Source: Curvularia clavata
Taxonomy: Eukaryota
Direction of reading: 5' to 3'
Assembly: GCA_023920165.1 (NCBI GenBank)
Contig: CP089276.1
Span: 3,224,001 to 3,288,000 of the forward strand
Length of the DNA stretch: 64,000 nt
The translations under genes and the position numbers were made by a program. This document shows, one piece after another, positions 12,407 to 24,418 of this stretch. Under the pieces are notes generated by a model. The model was given only the letters and a program-made list of their open reading frames with translations. It searched no databases and was not told the DNA's origin. The first letter of the stretch is position 1. Every line of letters starts with the position of its first letter.

Positions 12407-14092
12407 TTAAGCATTCATCTTTCGCGGCTCAAGCAACAACTTACCCTGTGGCCCACTCTTCTCCGAGAACCCTTCTGCGCGCGAGAAAACGCGCTGGCCA
12501 CGCAACCAAGTCTCCCTCACGACACCCTTAAGCGTCTTGTTCTCATACGGCGACACCTTGTTGCGGAAGAGCATGGTGCTGGGTTCAACCTATTCACATT
12601 TGTTAGCCCATCATGTCCAGTCTAGTCGAAAAGAGAAAACAACATACCATAAACTCTGCCTCATCGTCAAAAACCACAATATCGGCATCAAAGCCCACGC
12701 CTAGATCGCCCTTGCTGTGCTCGAGGCCAACTTGCTTCGCGGTATTCTTGCAGCACCAGCGCACGATATCTTCGATGCTGAAGGAGGAGCTGTCGAAGCG
12801 CTTCTGACCTTCGGTCCAGAGAATGGGGAGACCGAGTCCGACGCTGGAAATGCCGCCCCAAGCGCCGAAGAAGTCGCCCTTCTCCACAGATTCTGCTGCG
12901 TTGGAGGCGGCGCTCGAGTCCTGCTCCTCCGGTGACTTGGGCACGAGGTGCGCAGGCAAGAGCTTGATGTCTGGGGTGCAGGGCGAGTGATCTGAGACTA
13001 CGGTTTTGATGACGCCGTCGGCGGTGTCTTGGAGGAGCTCTTCCCAGAGGCCGTCTTGGTTGGATTGCGAGCGGATGGGTGGACAGCACTTGTGTCTTGT
13101 GTCTCCTTCTTTGATACCCTCGGCCGCAAGAGCAAGGTAGTGGAAGCATGTCTCTGCGGTGATTTTGACGCCGTTTGCGCGCGCCTTGCGGAGTAGCGGA
13201 ATGGCTTCGACGGCAGAGAGATGCACAATGTGGAGTTGGAGGTCAGGAGCTAGATGCGCTAGTGAGAGGATCTCGGCCACGGCACAGGTTTCGAAAGTAG
13301 GAGGGCGCGATTGCAGAAAGGTGTCGTAGGAGGTTAGGGCACCCTTGGGGGCAAGAGGTGGACCAGAGCTTTGGACGATGTCACCTACGGAGTCGGCAAT
13401 CGGTGGGATCATTTCGGCGTGGAACATGAGTGTGGTTGCGGAGTCTTTGAGTTCGATCAGAGCCTTTTCAATGTCGATGGAAGAGACAGCAGGGAATTCG
13501 TCGACCTGTAGGGGCGAGTGTTAGTGTCACATGATGTGGGATCAAAGGTACAACAACTTACACCACTGTCACACAGGAAGCCCTTGAATCCTCGAACGCC
13601 CTCTTTGACCAATGCTTTCAGATCTCCAGAGTTGCCAGGGATAACACCTCCGTAGAAGCCTACGTCAACCCAGCATTTGCCTTGAGATGCCTCACACTTG
13701 ATCTTGAGATTTTCCACGGTAGTCGTAGGTGGAATGGCGTTCAGTGGCATGTCGATGACAGTGGTGACTCCACCAAAGGCCGCCGCCCGGGTACCTGTCC
13801 AGAAACCCTCCCATTCCGTACGGCCTGGCTCGTTGAGGTGGACATGGGCATCGACGAGTCCGGGTAGTAGGATGTGTGGAGAATAGTCTGTGTATGGTGT
13901 ACCTGCAGGGAAATTTGTCCGTGGAAGCACTGAGTGGAAGACAGACGTAATTTTGCCGGTGACGTTTGATACAACAATGGTCGCTTCAGTAAGGCGGCCA
14001 CCAATGATAGCTCTTGAAGAAGCCAGTACAGTGATAGGCTGAAGAGACTGGGCCTGGGAAGCGGGTAGAGGTCCTGTTGCGTGGGGGGCCAT
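12407..14092 (-). CDS. DAL1: Allantoinase (amidohydrolase), two introns
   Basis: [86 protein letters not shown]. The last exon ends EPRKMNA*. Confidence 0.95.
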
Positions 14093-14187
14093 GTTGTAGG
14101 GTTGGGTTGATTGGAATGGAACAACGAAGGTAAAGAACTGTAGATGAAAGTTGTGGAGTTGCTCTACTCCACGTCAGGGATCCAAGA

Positions 14188-14452
14188 TTTATATACAACC
14201 ACCAGCCGGTTTCGGCGAACGCGGGGAAGAGGAATGTGGTGGCGGCAATCGGGTGGGATGCAGATAAGCGTTGATGAGACGCAGTAAGCGGTGCGCCTGC
14301 AAGAGTCAAAGAGGACTGAAGCAAAGGTCTTGGACGGAAATTGGGAGTAGTGATGTTTGGAGAAGAAGACTGAATTCCTCAAATAAGGAAATAGCTAGGT
14401 GCTTAGATAAAGACTGTCAAAGGCGCCAAAATCTGGGGTATCGTCCCTTATC
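14188..14452 (-). promoter_or_regulatory. Allantoinase core promoter: TATATAAA plus GATA (AreA/NIT2-type) sites
   Basis: TATATAAA on the minus strand at 14188-14195; GATAAG 14263, GATAAA 14406 and CTTATC 14447. Purine catabolism genes are known AreA targets. Confidence 0.5.
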
Positions 14453-16158
14453 TGTCCATGGCTAAGAGCCACCCCGGGCTATTCTCGAAACATCGTATTT
14501 GGTGTCTGGCTCTCGCCAGCGTGGGTCAGGGGATGGTGGGCCACCGGCCAACCCTGCATTTCTGTAAGTGTTGCTCGATACTATCGAGTAACTAGTATGC
14601 TGAGGCGAGGCTATCATGGCCGCTCTGACCATGCGCCTCGACCGTGGGTTGACTTTAGTCTAGGCGCAATCCCGATATTTTCCTTTCTCTTGCGCGATCA
14701 GACTGTGTGGTGTGCCCTTCAGTATGTCCTTTCCATACTGTGGCGCTTTGTTCAAAGCGGAAAATACGATTTTATGATCATGGGCGCCATCGAGTGACCA
14801 AATCAACCTTCATCGGTCAGAAGGTGGTGTCGAGAGACGTGCATGTGTTACTGATAAGAAATGCAAGGATGTGGCTCAGTGCGATAGGCGTGCAGGAGAT
14901 CGCTCCGATTAGTTCCACAAGGCCTAGCGCAGGGCAACCGGTTGAGCGTCATACCTAGGCAACTTCAAATATCTACTGGAGGGCGGAATCCTGGATACAA
15001 ATCCTATCTTCTCCTTCCGGTTTGTGTTCTAATGCGACCAGAGGATTTTTGTGTCCCTCATCTTCAGCTGGCGAACAAGAGAATCGTAAGTCGTGAGGCC
15101 ATCGGGAGGCTGCTCCGATTTCTCCGGAGAAGCTAAGCAGACGTCAGGCACCGTACCTTGGGTTTCTATCGAGTAACGGAAATGCAGTGAGCTGGCTTTC
15201 GTCGCCGCAACCACCTGCCTAGCCTGATCTGTGTGGCCTGGCTAACCCCGGAGCTGACCGAAAGTTCCCAACTCACCCGAATTTCAACCGGAGTCCGCTC
15301 ATTCTGTGTCGTACTGGGCCTCGGGTATCATGACGAATGAGACTGCATTCAGACACTCACATCGTGTTTCTAGAGAAACGAAAGAAACGAAAATCACAAA
15401 GAGACTGTTGGGATGAAAATTCGGCGACCTCCGTGGTTCTTGCATGCCGCGATGCTCGGCTGGAGTCATTAAGCACAAGCGGCCAACTACGGCGTTCGAA
15501 GCCTTGCCCTCGAGGTAGCTATCGAGTAACGAAAACTGCACGTTCAACGCTTCCTGAGGTCTCCCAGTGGCGCGCTTGGACCGGGGAGATTCAACAACCA
15601 CGGCTATTCTCAACTGGCTGGACTGACCGGTAGTTGCTGCATACACAATGTGCTAAACTGGGTCCGTATTGGCTAGATGCTGTGTAGCGGAAAAGATTTT
15701 TACGGTTTCGCTGAAGCCTCGGGAGTAGGTTTTTCTTACGTTTCTCCTGATCCCTTTGGCATATGGCGCTTCAGCATGGTGCGCAAACACCCTAGTGGCT
15801 ATATTGTTGGGCCTCTCGAGCGTGGTGCTTGCTTTGAAGAGAGTGATCAACGTCTAGCGCCGTCGGCACAACCTCAAATGCTGACGCGTATCCTGCGAAA
15901 TCTGGACCAAGTGTGAAACGGCAGCTACGAAAAACATGCGCTTCAAGTATGGATGCAAGGGGCAAAGAGAAGAAAAATTAGTTCAATTGACCTTTCTCGA
16001 AGGAACCCGTAAATTCCTTATTCACGTCCTCTTTCCAGCATAGTAGATGCTCTTCAAGGCGTTGATACCAGCATATCGTATTCATAAACCCCACACAGGC
16101 TCGATGTATAGCTTCCTTCTTCACTACAGCAGTAGCCGTTCAAGACTCCAAATATTCA

Positions 16159-17362
16159 TCAAGCCGAAAATCCTTCCTCTTGAGTCATGAAAGCGAGCTT
16201 GGATGCCTTTTGGCTAGCCAACATGGGCCGGGAATTATAAAGAGTTGGAGGTAGTACGTATTTAGCTGCTTTTCCGTTTCCGAGATTGAGGTAGGTGTAG
16301 GCATCAGGTTTGTAGTAAATAACCTTGGCGGCTGAGACCAAGCCTATCCTTTCTAGTCCCTGGAGCACACGCAAAACATCCTTGGTATCCTCAAAGTCTT
16401 TGGTGTAGACACAGACTAAGCCACAGTTAGTACAGTCATGTCTCTGTTCTCCGAGAGATGCAATACTTACCAAGGCATTCATCACTTCTGTCACTAGTTG
16501 TCATCTTGCAACTGCAGCCAAGCTGGTTTCCGATGACACCATCCACAATCTGTTTCCACACTCGGTCGACATCCACTTTCTTGACAAGTAGCATCCACTG
16601 CACAAGAGTAGACGCGGAACAAACGCGGAACACTGCCTTAGGGCTGCCTCAAGTTACCTTTCCAGGATGAACATAAGTGTCTCTTGCTAGCTTAAAAACC
16701 CGCTGCTGCAAGGCCTTGCCCTCCTGAATGAGTTTCACAGCCAAGCATCCTTTTGGTAGCGTAGCACTCGACTCCCAAATCTTGTGACGGTTGTTTAGAG
16801 ATTGCTCGAGCAACTTCTTTCCGCAGGTTTTGAAGTAGTCTACACGCGGGCATGGCAGCTTGTTGCGGGGGTTGCGATGAGGATTCTCGGCCCAGATGCC
16901 AGTATATGTGGAGACGAGGGCGGTAGATGGCGGGAGGCGTTGGACAAACTCGCTGGCGGACTCATCCAGTTGCCATGCATTGAGTTCCTCTTCTCGCGGA
17001 TGGAACAACTCAAACTTCGGTGATAGTTCCGGTGATAGCTCTCGCTTGCGCTTGCCTGCTATTGTAGGTTGCTCCTGTGCTGAGTCCTCGCGGTAAACTT
17101 GGGGTCTCACCTTGGTCTCTTTTGATGGGAACGCATCGTCGTCGGCGGTACGCAGCTTCGCCGCATAATGTATATCTGACTTGAACCTTATAGCCAGATT
17201 AGTGGAGTCGTTGGCATCGGACTCTACACTGGGCTGTGTCTGTCGCTCTTGCTCTTCGTCGGTGCCAACTGACTGTCAGTGCAAGGGACGGTTTAGTGTA
17301 ATCGACATACCATCAAAACTGGCGTCGACCTCGTTTTCCTGTTCCGTACAATTCCGTTCCAT
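16159..17362 (-). CDS. DUF1917 (Bles03/eIF4E-like fold) protein, three introns
   Basis: Spliced AWQLDESASEFVQRLPPS, HPGK|WMLL, VDRVW, L|VCVYTKDFEDTKDVLRVL and IYYKPDAYTYL. Confidence 0.8.
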
Positions 17363-17480
17363 GGCTGAGTTATGGTGTTCTCGTTATATAACTGTGAGAT
17401 CGAATGGTGGAATAAACATATGGTTGACCGAATGGGGAAGTGATGAAAAGGTGGATGCGCAAGGATATCCCTGCAACCAA

Positions 17481-17517
17481 AACGCGCGCGCGTTCGCTTT
17501 ACGCGCTCACCGCGACG
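17481..17517. promoter_or_regulatory. MCB-like (CGCG) cell-cycle element cluster in the DUF1917/PRI1 bidirectional promoter
   Basis: Palindrome AACGCGCGCGCGTT at 17481-17494, plus ACGCG 17501 and CGCGA 17511, ~70-100 bp upstream of the primase ATG. Confidence 0.6.
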
Positions 17518-17580
17518 ACCCTCACTCCAACGTTGCGAAGCCTACACTTGTCACAATCACACCAATCAATGACATCCACA

Positions 17581-19140
17581 ATGCCTCACTCTGTTTCTCC
17601 GGAGTCTGCGCCTGCACAAGAGACATCGCAAGCGACCTCGCAGGCTGACGACGTCAAGCCAGAGCCAGAGACGCAAGATGTCGCCATGGAAGACATACCG
17701 CCAGCAGCCACAGCAGAAACGAGCAAAGTGAAGCTGGAAGAACTATTTGACGACGAAGATTCAGACCCGGAATTCCCTTCGAGTGCACCAGTGCCAACCT
17801 CTCAAGAAGACGCATCACAGCCTGCCCCAATGTATGCCACCACCCCGCCCCCGCCCATTTTGATGCTCGTCAACTGACACTCGTACAGCAAGATTACGTC
17901 CAAGTCGTCCTTCTCCGATCCCGATGTGATGCGTGCTTTCTACCAGCGCCTTTTCCCCTTCCGCCACCTCTTTCAATGGCTGAATCATTCGGCCACCCCA
18001 CAAAACGACTTTATGCATCGCGAGTTTGCTTTCACACTGCCCAACGATGCATACCTACGTTACCAGTCCTTTGCAACCAGCGATCTGCTGCGGAAACAGT
18101 GCATAAGCATGCTGCCATCGCGTTTCGAAATCGGTCCCATGTATAGCACGAACCCGAGGGAGCGAAAGTCGTTGAGGAAGGCCAGCGCCTTCCGTCCGAT
18201 CATGAAGGAGTTGGTTTTCGATATTGATATGACGGATTACGACGATATCAGAACATGTTGCACAGGTGCGAGCATTTGTCTCAAGTGCTGGGGCTTCATC
18301 ACCATGGCCATCAAGACCATCGACGTTGCCCTACGAGAGGATTTTGGTTTTAAACACATACTCTGGGTTTACTCTGGTCGTCGTGGTGCTCACGCTTGGG
18401 TTTGTGATAAGCGCGCACGAGAAATGGACGACCAGAAACGCCGCTCAGTAGCCAGCTATCTTGAGCTGCTTAAGGGAGGCGATCAGGGCGGCAAAAAAGT
18501 GCACGCCCGACGGCCTCTTCACCCACATCTAGAGCGCAGTCTGGATATCCTGAAAGAGCATTTCCAGACTTCTATTCTAGCAGAACAAGATCCTTGGGCC
18601 AGCGACGAGAAAGCAGCCCATCTCCTCAATCTGCTCCCGGACCCTACACTCAAAGCTGCCTTGCAGAAGAAATGGAGTTCAGCACCCTCGCGCCCTAGCG
18701 CCTCTAAATGGTCCGACATCAACACCCTTGCCGAATCCGGCTCCCTTTCAAAGACACCCAGAGAGCTTCGTGAAGCTAAGCAGGACATCATCCTGGAATA
18801 CACATACCCCCGTCTCGATGCTGAGGTCTCAAAGAAACTCAACCATTTGCTGAAAAGCCCTTTTGTAGTACATCCCGGCACAGGCAGAGTGTGTGTGCCT
18901 ATTGACACACGGAAAGTGGAGGATTTCGACCCACTGAGCGTACCCACAGTCACACAGTTACTGCAAGAAATTGACGACTGGGAGGGCGATGATACAGATA
19001 AGAAGATGCAAGACTGGGAAAAGACGAGCTTAAAGCCATATGTGGATTACTTTAGGCGGTTTGTCGCTGGCTTGCTCGAAGAAGAGAAGTCGGCGGTCAA
19101 GAGAGAGAGGGAAGAGGCGGGAGACGCAATGGAGTTTTAG
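17581..19140 (+). CDS. PRI1: DNA primase small (catalytic) subunit; intron ~17832-17889
   Basis: REFAFTL..YLRYQSF..RFEIG..KELVFDIDMTDYDDIRTCC..WVYSGRRGAHAWV..YPRLD..HLLKSPFVVHPGTGRVCVPI. Confidence 0.96.
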
Positions 19141-19379
19141 AGCAGAGCAAGGTGCTTTGTTGTATCATGAAGCAAAAAGGGAACAGCGGCGCTTTGGCGT
19201 TGGACCGAGTAGGGCTGGACGCTTGCTTCTTTGCTATGAAGATGGATCTGATGAACGAAACATTACATTTGCTCTTTCGTCGCTACATATTAAACCCAAA
19301 TACCTGTTCTCTCTCATATCCCCACACATCACTCCTACGTCCCCTTCAATTCTCCCTTTCTCTCTCTCTTTTTAACCCC

Positions 19380-21358
19380 CTATTCTCTGTCCGCATTCCC
19401 TCCATAACCCAACTGACATACCACTCCATCCATGGTACAATACGGCATTTGAATCGAACTGGCCCCTACACCCTTCGCCACTAGCCTCTCCCTCATCTCG
19501 CTCAACCTCGGCGCCGCCTCAATCTGACTGCGATTCCTACCCTGCGCGTCCTTTGCGCCGCTCCACAGGATCTCTGCGGCGGCAGCAGCGCGTGGCCAGA
19601 CCATCTGATCGACGTTGGCGGCATCGGTTTGCTCGGCCCACATATGCGCCTCGCCTCCGAGGACAAGATGTTGGGATTCTTGAGGCACGCCTGCGAGCGG
19701 GTCGAGAGAATAGATTAGGCGCCAATTATGGAAGGGAGCACAGTAGTCTTGGTAAGGCCAGGAGTCTGCGCTGATAGAGGGGTCGTAGTTGAGCCAGGCG
19801 CCGTTGCCGCAGTCGAGGTACTAGGTTATGTTAGAAGTGACCTTGAATGCTTCTCCAATCTCAGGAATGGGACAGAGATGAGGGATATGTGAAGTGCCGT
19901 ACTTCACGACGGAGGAAGAAACAAAGGCCAACATACCCAGAAATTGTAGTTCCCAACCAGAACTTTGTGCCCCTTGGCTGCTATCTGGGCCACTGACTGG
20001 TCGCTCAACCAGGACTGCACAATCACGTCGGAACCTAGTGTTAGATTCCAGTCTAACAGCATTTCTTCCCAGACAATTGGTGTGAGGCCCATGGCACGGA
20101 CTTGCTCGTGGTTACGGTCAACAAAGGCTTGCATGAGGGGTTGTAAGACAGCGAAGTCATTGCTTTTGACCGTGTCGTCGAGTTGATAGGCGTTCTTGTT
20201 CACTTCGTCGCCGCCCGTGTGGAAGTAGGACGAGTACGGATGCACGCGTGGAAGCAAGTCATCGAAGAGCTTCTCGAGAAAATTGCGGACGGCTGTCGAG
20301 TTGAGCTTCAATGTACCGGAAGGGGGTTCGGCCGCATAGGTATCCCAGTTTGGTTGGATGTTGAATGCAGCGATTAGCTCGGGGAAACTGTAGGCGATGC
20401 TGGATGTGTGGCCTGGCATATCTATCTCGGTGATCATCTCGACCCCCTGGATTGCAGCGTGGCTCTGTAGGTCCTTGAAATCGGCTGCTGTATATACTAG
20501 CTCTGGACGATAGGCGCCTTTGGCAGATAACTCGGGCATAGAGGGAATCTCTAGTGGCCATGACTGGGAGTCTGTTACGTGCAGGTGGAAGCGATTCATT
20601 TTGTTGTACGCGCATGCGTCGATCTGGCGTTTCACGTCGCTCACTGGGAAGAAGTTACGTGAGACATCGAGATTGATGCCCCGGTGTTGGAATTGTGGCG
20701 CGTCGAAAATGGTGACTGGGGCAAGAGGCGTATACACATCTTCTTTGTTCGAATGCGCATAGAAGAGTTGCGTGAATGTTGTCAGACCGCGTGCTATACC
20801 AATGCTGGTATTTGCACTGACGGTAGCTGTCCCTTCTTCTGTCAAGGTCAGGCTATACGATTCATCAACTTCGCCAGCAAGCGGTTTGCCAACGCTTTGC
20901 GGATCGGCTCCGAGTAACTTGACGTCTACGCGAGACACATATGAACTTCCAGGTGAGGGTTCGTTCCATTCTCGAGGACGGAATTTCCATGGGTAGAGGT
21001 TTTGGTAGAAGAGGGTTTTCCAGCTGGACTTGATGGCAAAGTCCACTATATCGTTGCCGGAGATGCCGTCGCGCGTCCCATTATCAGCCTGATTATCGAT
21101 AGAGAAATCCGTGTAGCTTTTGTGCAACTCCAATGCTCCACTTTCCTGTAAATGAGCTCCAGGGTCAGAATTTGATGCGAACAAGAAGGGAAATTGATCC
21201 GTCAACGAGCCTACATTTCTTGCACCAGCCTTGTACCAATAGAATGGGGTATCTTTCTTGATAAAGAGAACAACATCTCCGTGCTCATAAGACGTAGGCA
21301 GCGGCCATATTGCAGCAGCAAAAGACGAAAAGAGAGAATATATTATAAGTGGTTTCAT
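19380..21358 (-). CDS. Secreted beta-N-acetylhexosaminidase (GH20); intron 19821-19936 and a probable in-frame intron 21146-21214
   Basis: Signal peptide MKPLIIYSLFSSFAAAIWP; HRGINLDVSRNF; FHLHVTDSQSWP; EIDMPGH; HTGGDEV catalytic motif; YLDCG; LGGEAHMWAEQTD; WPRAAAAAE. Confidence 0.95.
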
Positions 21359-22538
21359 CGCGCAGGACAAGGAGACGGGAAACCAACTCGAACGGAGGAA
21401 AATGGAACAATTTGTACAGCTCCTGTTCAAAGGTTGTTGAGACGGGTAATTGAAATGTTAACTGCTTTGGGAATGAAGACTGGTGCAAGACGATGTAGGT
21501 CCGATTCAAACTCTAGATCAACTCCCGCTTTATCCGGTCCGTGGTGGGCTTCCTTGTAGGAGTGGTGTTCCACTGCATTGACTACTGTGTGTAACCTCGA
21601 GCGACCGTGGTTGAGCTTTTGGCCGGTGAGGTGTAGTATGTACTCGTTTTGGCCAAGACTTCAGCCACGACGTACCGTGGTGGGGTCTGGCGGTTCTTGG
21701 GTGGAGGCGCATGACGTGCAGGGCTTCAGCCAATGTCAGCTTCAGCCACACCCGCAACCGTCTCCAGCTATGGACATATTATACAACGTCGCGGGTTGCC
21801 ATGACGAAGGACGTGCACTACTCGGGAACCCTGGGGGGCTCTTTCTGCAGTCCCTGATGGTAGATCCAAGTGAGCAAGCCAGAGGCCGCGGCAAAACGGC
21901 TATTCTGCCGTGGGATCAGCAGTACCAGGTTCAACATCAATCTTGTGAGCAAGCTTGCGAGTTGAGCACACACATTGGGCAGCCCAATGATACTGTTTGA
22001 GTCGCTCGTATATACAGAGTGTGTGATTGAATCATTACATCTCTGATTCGTACACAGCCCGGCGCAGCGTGATTCGTCCGAAGCCATGCGTTCGTCTCCG
22101 CCCTGTTAAGGAGTTCCGATCGTCCTTCCCCGCTTTCCAACCTGCCATGGTGCCGCAATGCGAAGATGCACGGTCACACGGCACCCCTTTTAACTCAATA
22201 GAGCGAGGCAGGCGTGGCAGCACCATTACTCTTGCAGGCCATACCCGAGGTACAAGATCAAACGATGCGCGTCGTAATGGCATGCGACGTGGAAAAAAAG
22301 ACGCCATGACGAGCGCTTCTTAGCGACAGTAAGACAGGGCGAACCCCGCGCCAGTTAGGCGCTCCAGATATGCGACGGGGCGTGCGAAATTTCGGTACTT
22401 TTGCCTTACAGAGAACTAGAGCACACTTGGCCGGCATCCGCTATGTCGTCTTTGTCGTGCAGCATGTGAAGGCTGCTTGGTACATATCGCTGCCTGCATC
22501 GCCTGGAGTTCGCAGTAACCCACGGGATACTGCCCACC

Positions 22539-24198
22539 ATGGCTCAGCTCGACATATCGCATCTATCCACACCTCACCTCATCGGTGCTCTTGTTGTCCT
22601 CTTCGTCGGCTACAGAATCACTTACTCACTCATCGTTAATGCGCGAATCCGCAAGTTGGGCGCTCGTGCGCCAGTTCGAAAACATCGTGTCCCATATGGC
22701 ATCGATATAGCCTACGATGCCGTTATGTCTGCCTTGGAGGACAAGACGTATGACATGTGGACCTCCATGTTCAAGAAGTATTGTCTGCCAGGACACTACA
22801 CCCTCGAGGCCAGCGTAGGGGCCCGTCTCATCTTCACAGCGGACCCAGAGAACATCAAAGCTATCCTGGCCACGCAGTTCAAGGACTACGGCAAGGGAGA
22901 GGAATTCAGGAAGGACTGGTATCCATTTTTGGGCAACGGTATGAGATCCTATGAAGAACACGTGCTTCTTTCAACAACATCACGTAGAAACTGACATAGT
23001 TTACCAGGTATCTTCACCACCGACGGTCAGATATGGCACAACTCACGACAACTCATCCGCCCACAGTTTGTAAAGGACCGCCTTAGCGACATTGACATTT
23101 TCGAGCAGCACATCCAGATTCTCCTTTCCAAGGTGGACCAGGGCCAGGAAATCGATACAATGGACTTGATGTTTAGGTATACCCTGGACGCAGCCACTCA
23201 CTTCTTGCTCGGTCAGAGTGTCGGTAGCTTGGATGAACCCAAGACCGAGTTTGCCTATGCGTTCTACAATGCACAGCGTGTACAGAGTATCGTTAGCCGA
23301 GTTGGGTAAGTAAAGTGTTGCTACCCCATCTCAAAGAAGAACTCACTTCTAACCTCCTCGCAGCCCCTTCAACTGGCTCGTTCCCCGCAAACGCATGGGT
23401 TTCTACGACTCGATGAAAGTAATCAACAGCTTTGTATCCACCTTCATCGACCAAGCCCTCGCTCTTCCCCCAGAGGAACTCGAAAAGAAGACCAACCACG
23501 ACGAAGGCTACACCTTCCTGCACGCCATCGCAAGCTACACACGCGACCGCGAGACCCTCCGCGACCAACTCGTCAGCATCCTTCTCGCCGGACGCGACAC
23601 CACCGCCTGCACCCTAACCTGGGCGCTGTACCACCTCTCCATAGACCCCACCATCACCGCCAAACTCCGCCAGGAAATCATCAACACGGTCGGACTGGAA
23701 CGTCAACCCACATACGAAGACTTGAAAAACATGCGGTACCTCCAGCACATCCTCAACGAAACCCTACGCCTCTACCCCGTCGTACCATACAACGTCCGCC
23801 TCGCTCTAAAAGACACCACACTCCCCACCGGTGGCGGCCCCGACGGCAACCAACCCATCGGCATCCTCGCCGGCACACCAATCGGCTACTCGACCCTCAT
23901 CCTCCAGCGCCGCGAGGACCTGTACCCACCTACTTCGCCTTCCTTCCCACCTGTATCAGCCTTCGCCCCTGACCGCTGGGACTCGTGGACCCCCAAGAGC
24001 TGGACGTATGTTCCATTCAACGGCGGACCAAGAATCTGTATCGGACAGCAGTTTGCGCTCACCGAGATGGCGTATACGCTTGTTCGCATATTCCAGCGCT
24101 TTGAAAAGGTGGAGAATCGTATGGGTGGTGTGGACCCTGGTTTGCATGCGGATATTGTGCTGCAACCGGCGAAGGAGATTAAGATTGTGTTCAAGTAA
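22539..24198 (+). CDS. Cytochrome P450, CYP52-clan (alkane/fatty-acid hydroxylase-like); introns ~22939-23008 and 23306-23363
   Basis: N-terminal TM anchor; TADPENIKAILATQFKDYGKG; LLAGRDTTA (I-helix); ETLR; PDRW; FNGGPRICIG haem motif. Confidence 0.95.
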
Positions 24199-24418
24199 AT
24201 GCGAATGCTGCTTTCGTTGTCTTCGGGGGAGGGAAGAGGATGAGGACGGCATAGTTACGAAGTATATGAAGCATTGCAGAATGAAAAAATGTTGTTGAGT
24301 CACTCTTCGTTTTGTTCAGCAGGTTTACCATCTGTGCCAACGAATGAAGGAAAATAAATAACTTGTTTGAAAAATCTACTCTATTTTCCTTATGGATACG
24401 ACACATGTGAAATACATG

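Noticed and set aside
22245..22250. FarA/Ctf1 site CCGAGG upstream of the P450
   Set aside because: It fits the gene's likely function, but a single hexamer is expected by chance.
22539..24198. P450 as part of a secondary-metabolite cluster
   Set aside because: There is no PKS, NRPS or terpene synthase nearby; the neighbours are housekeeping genes.
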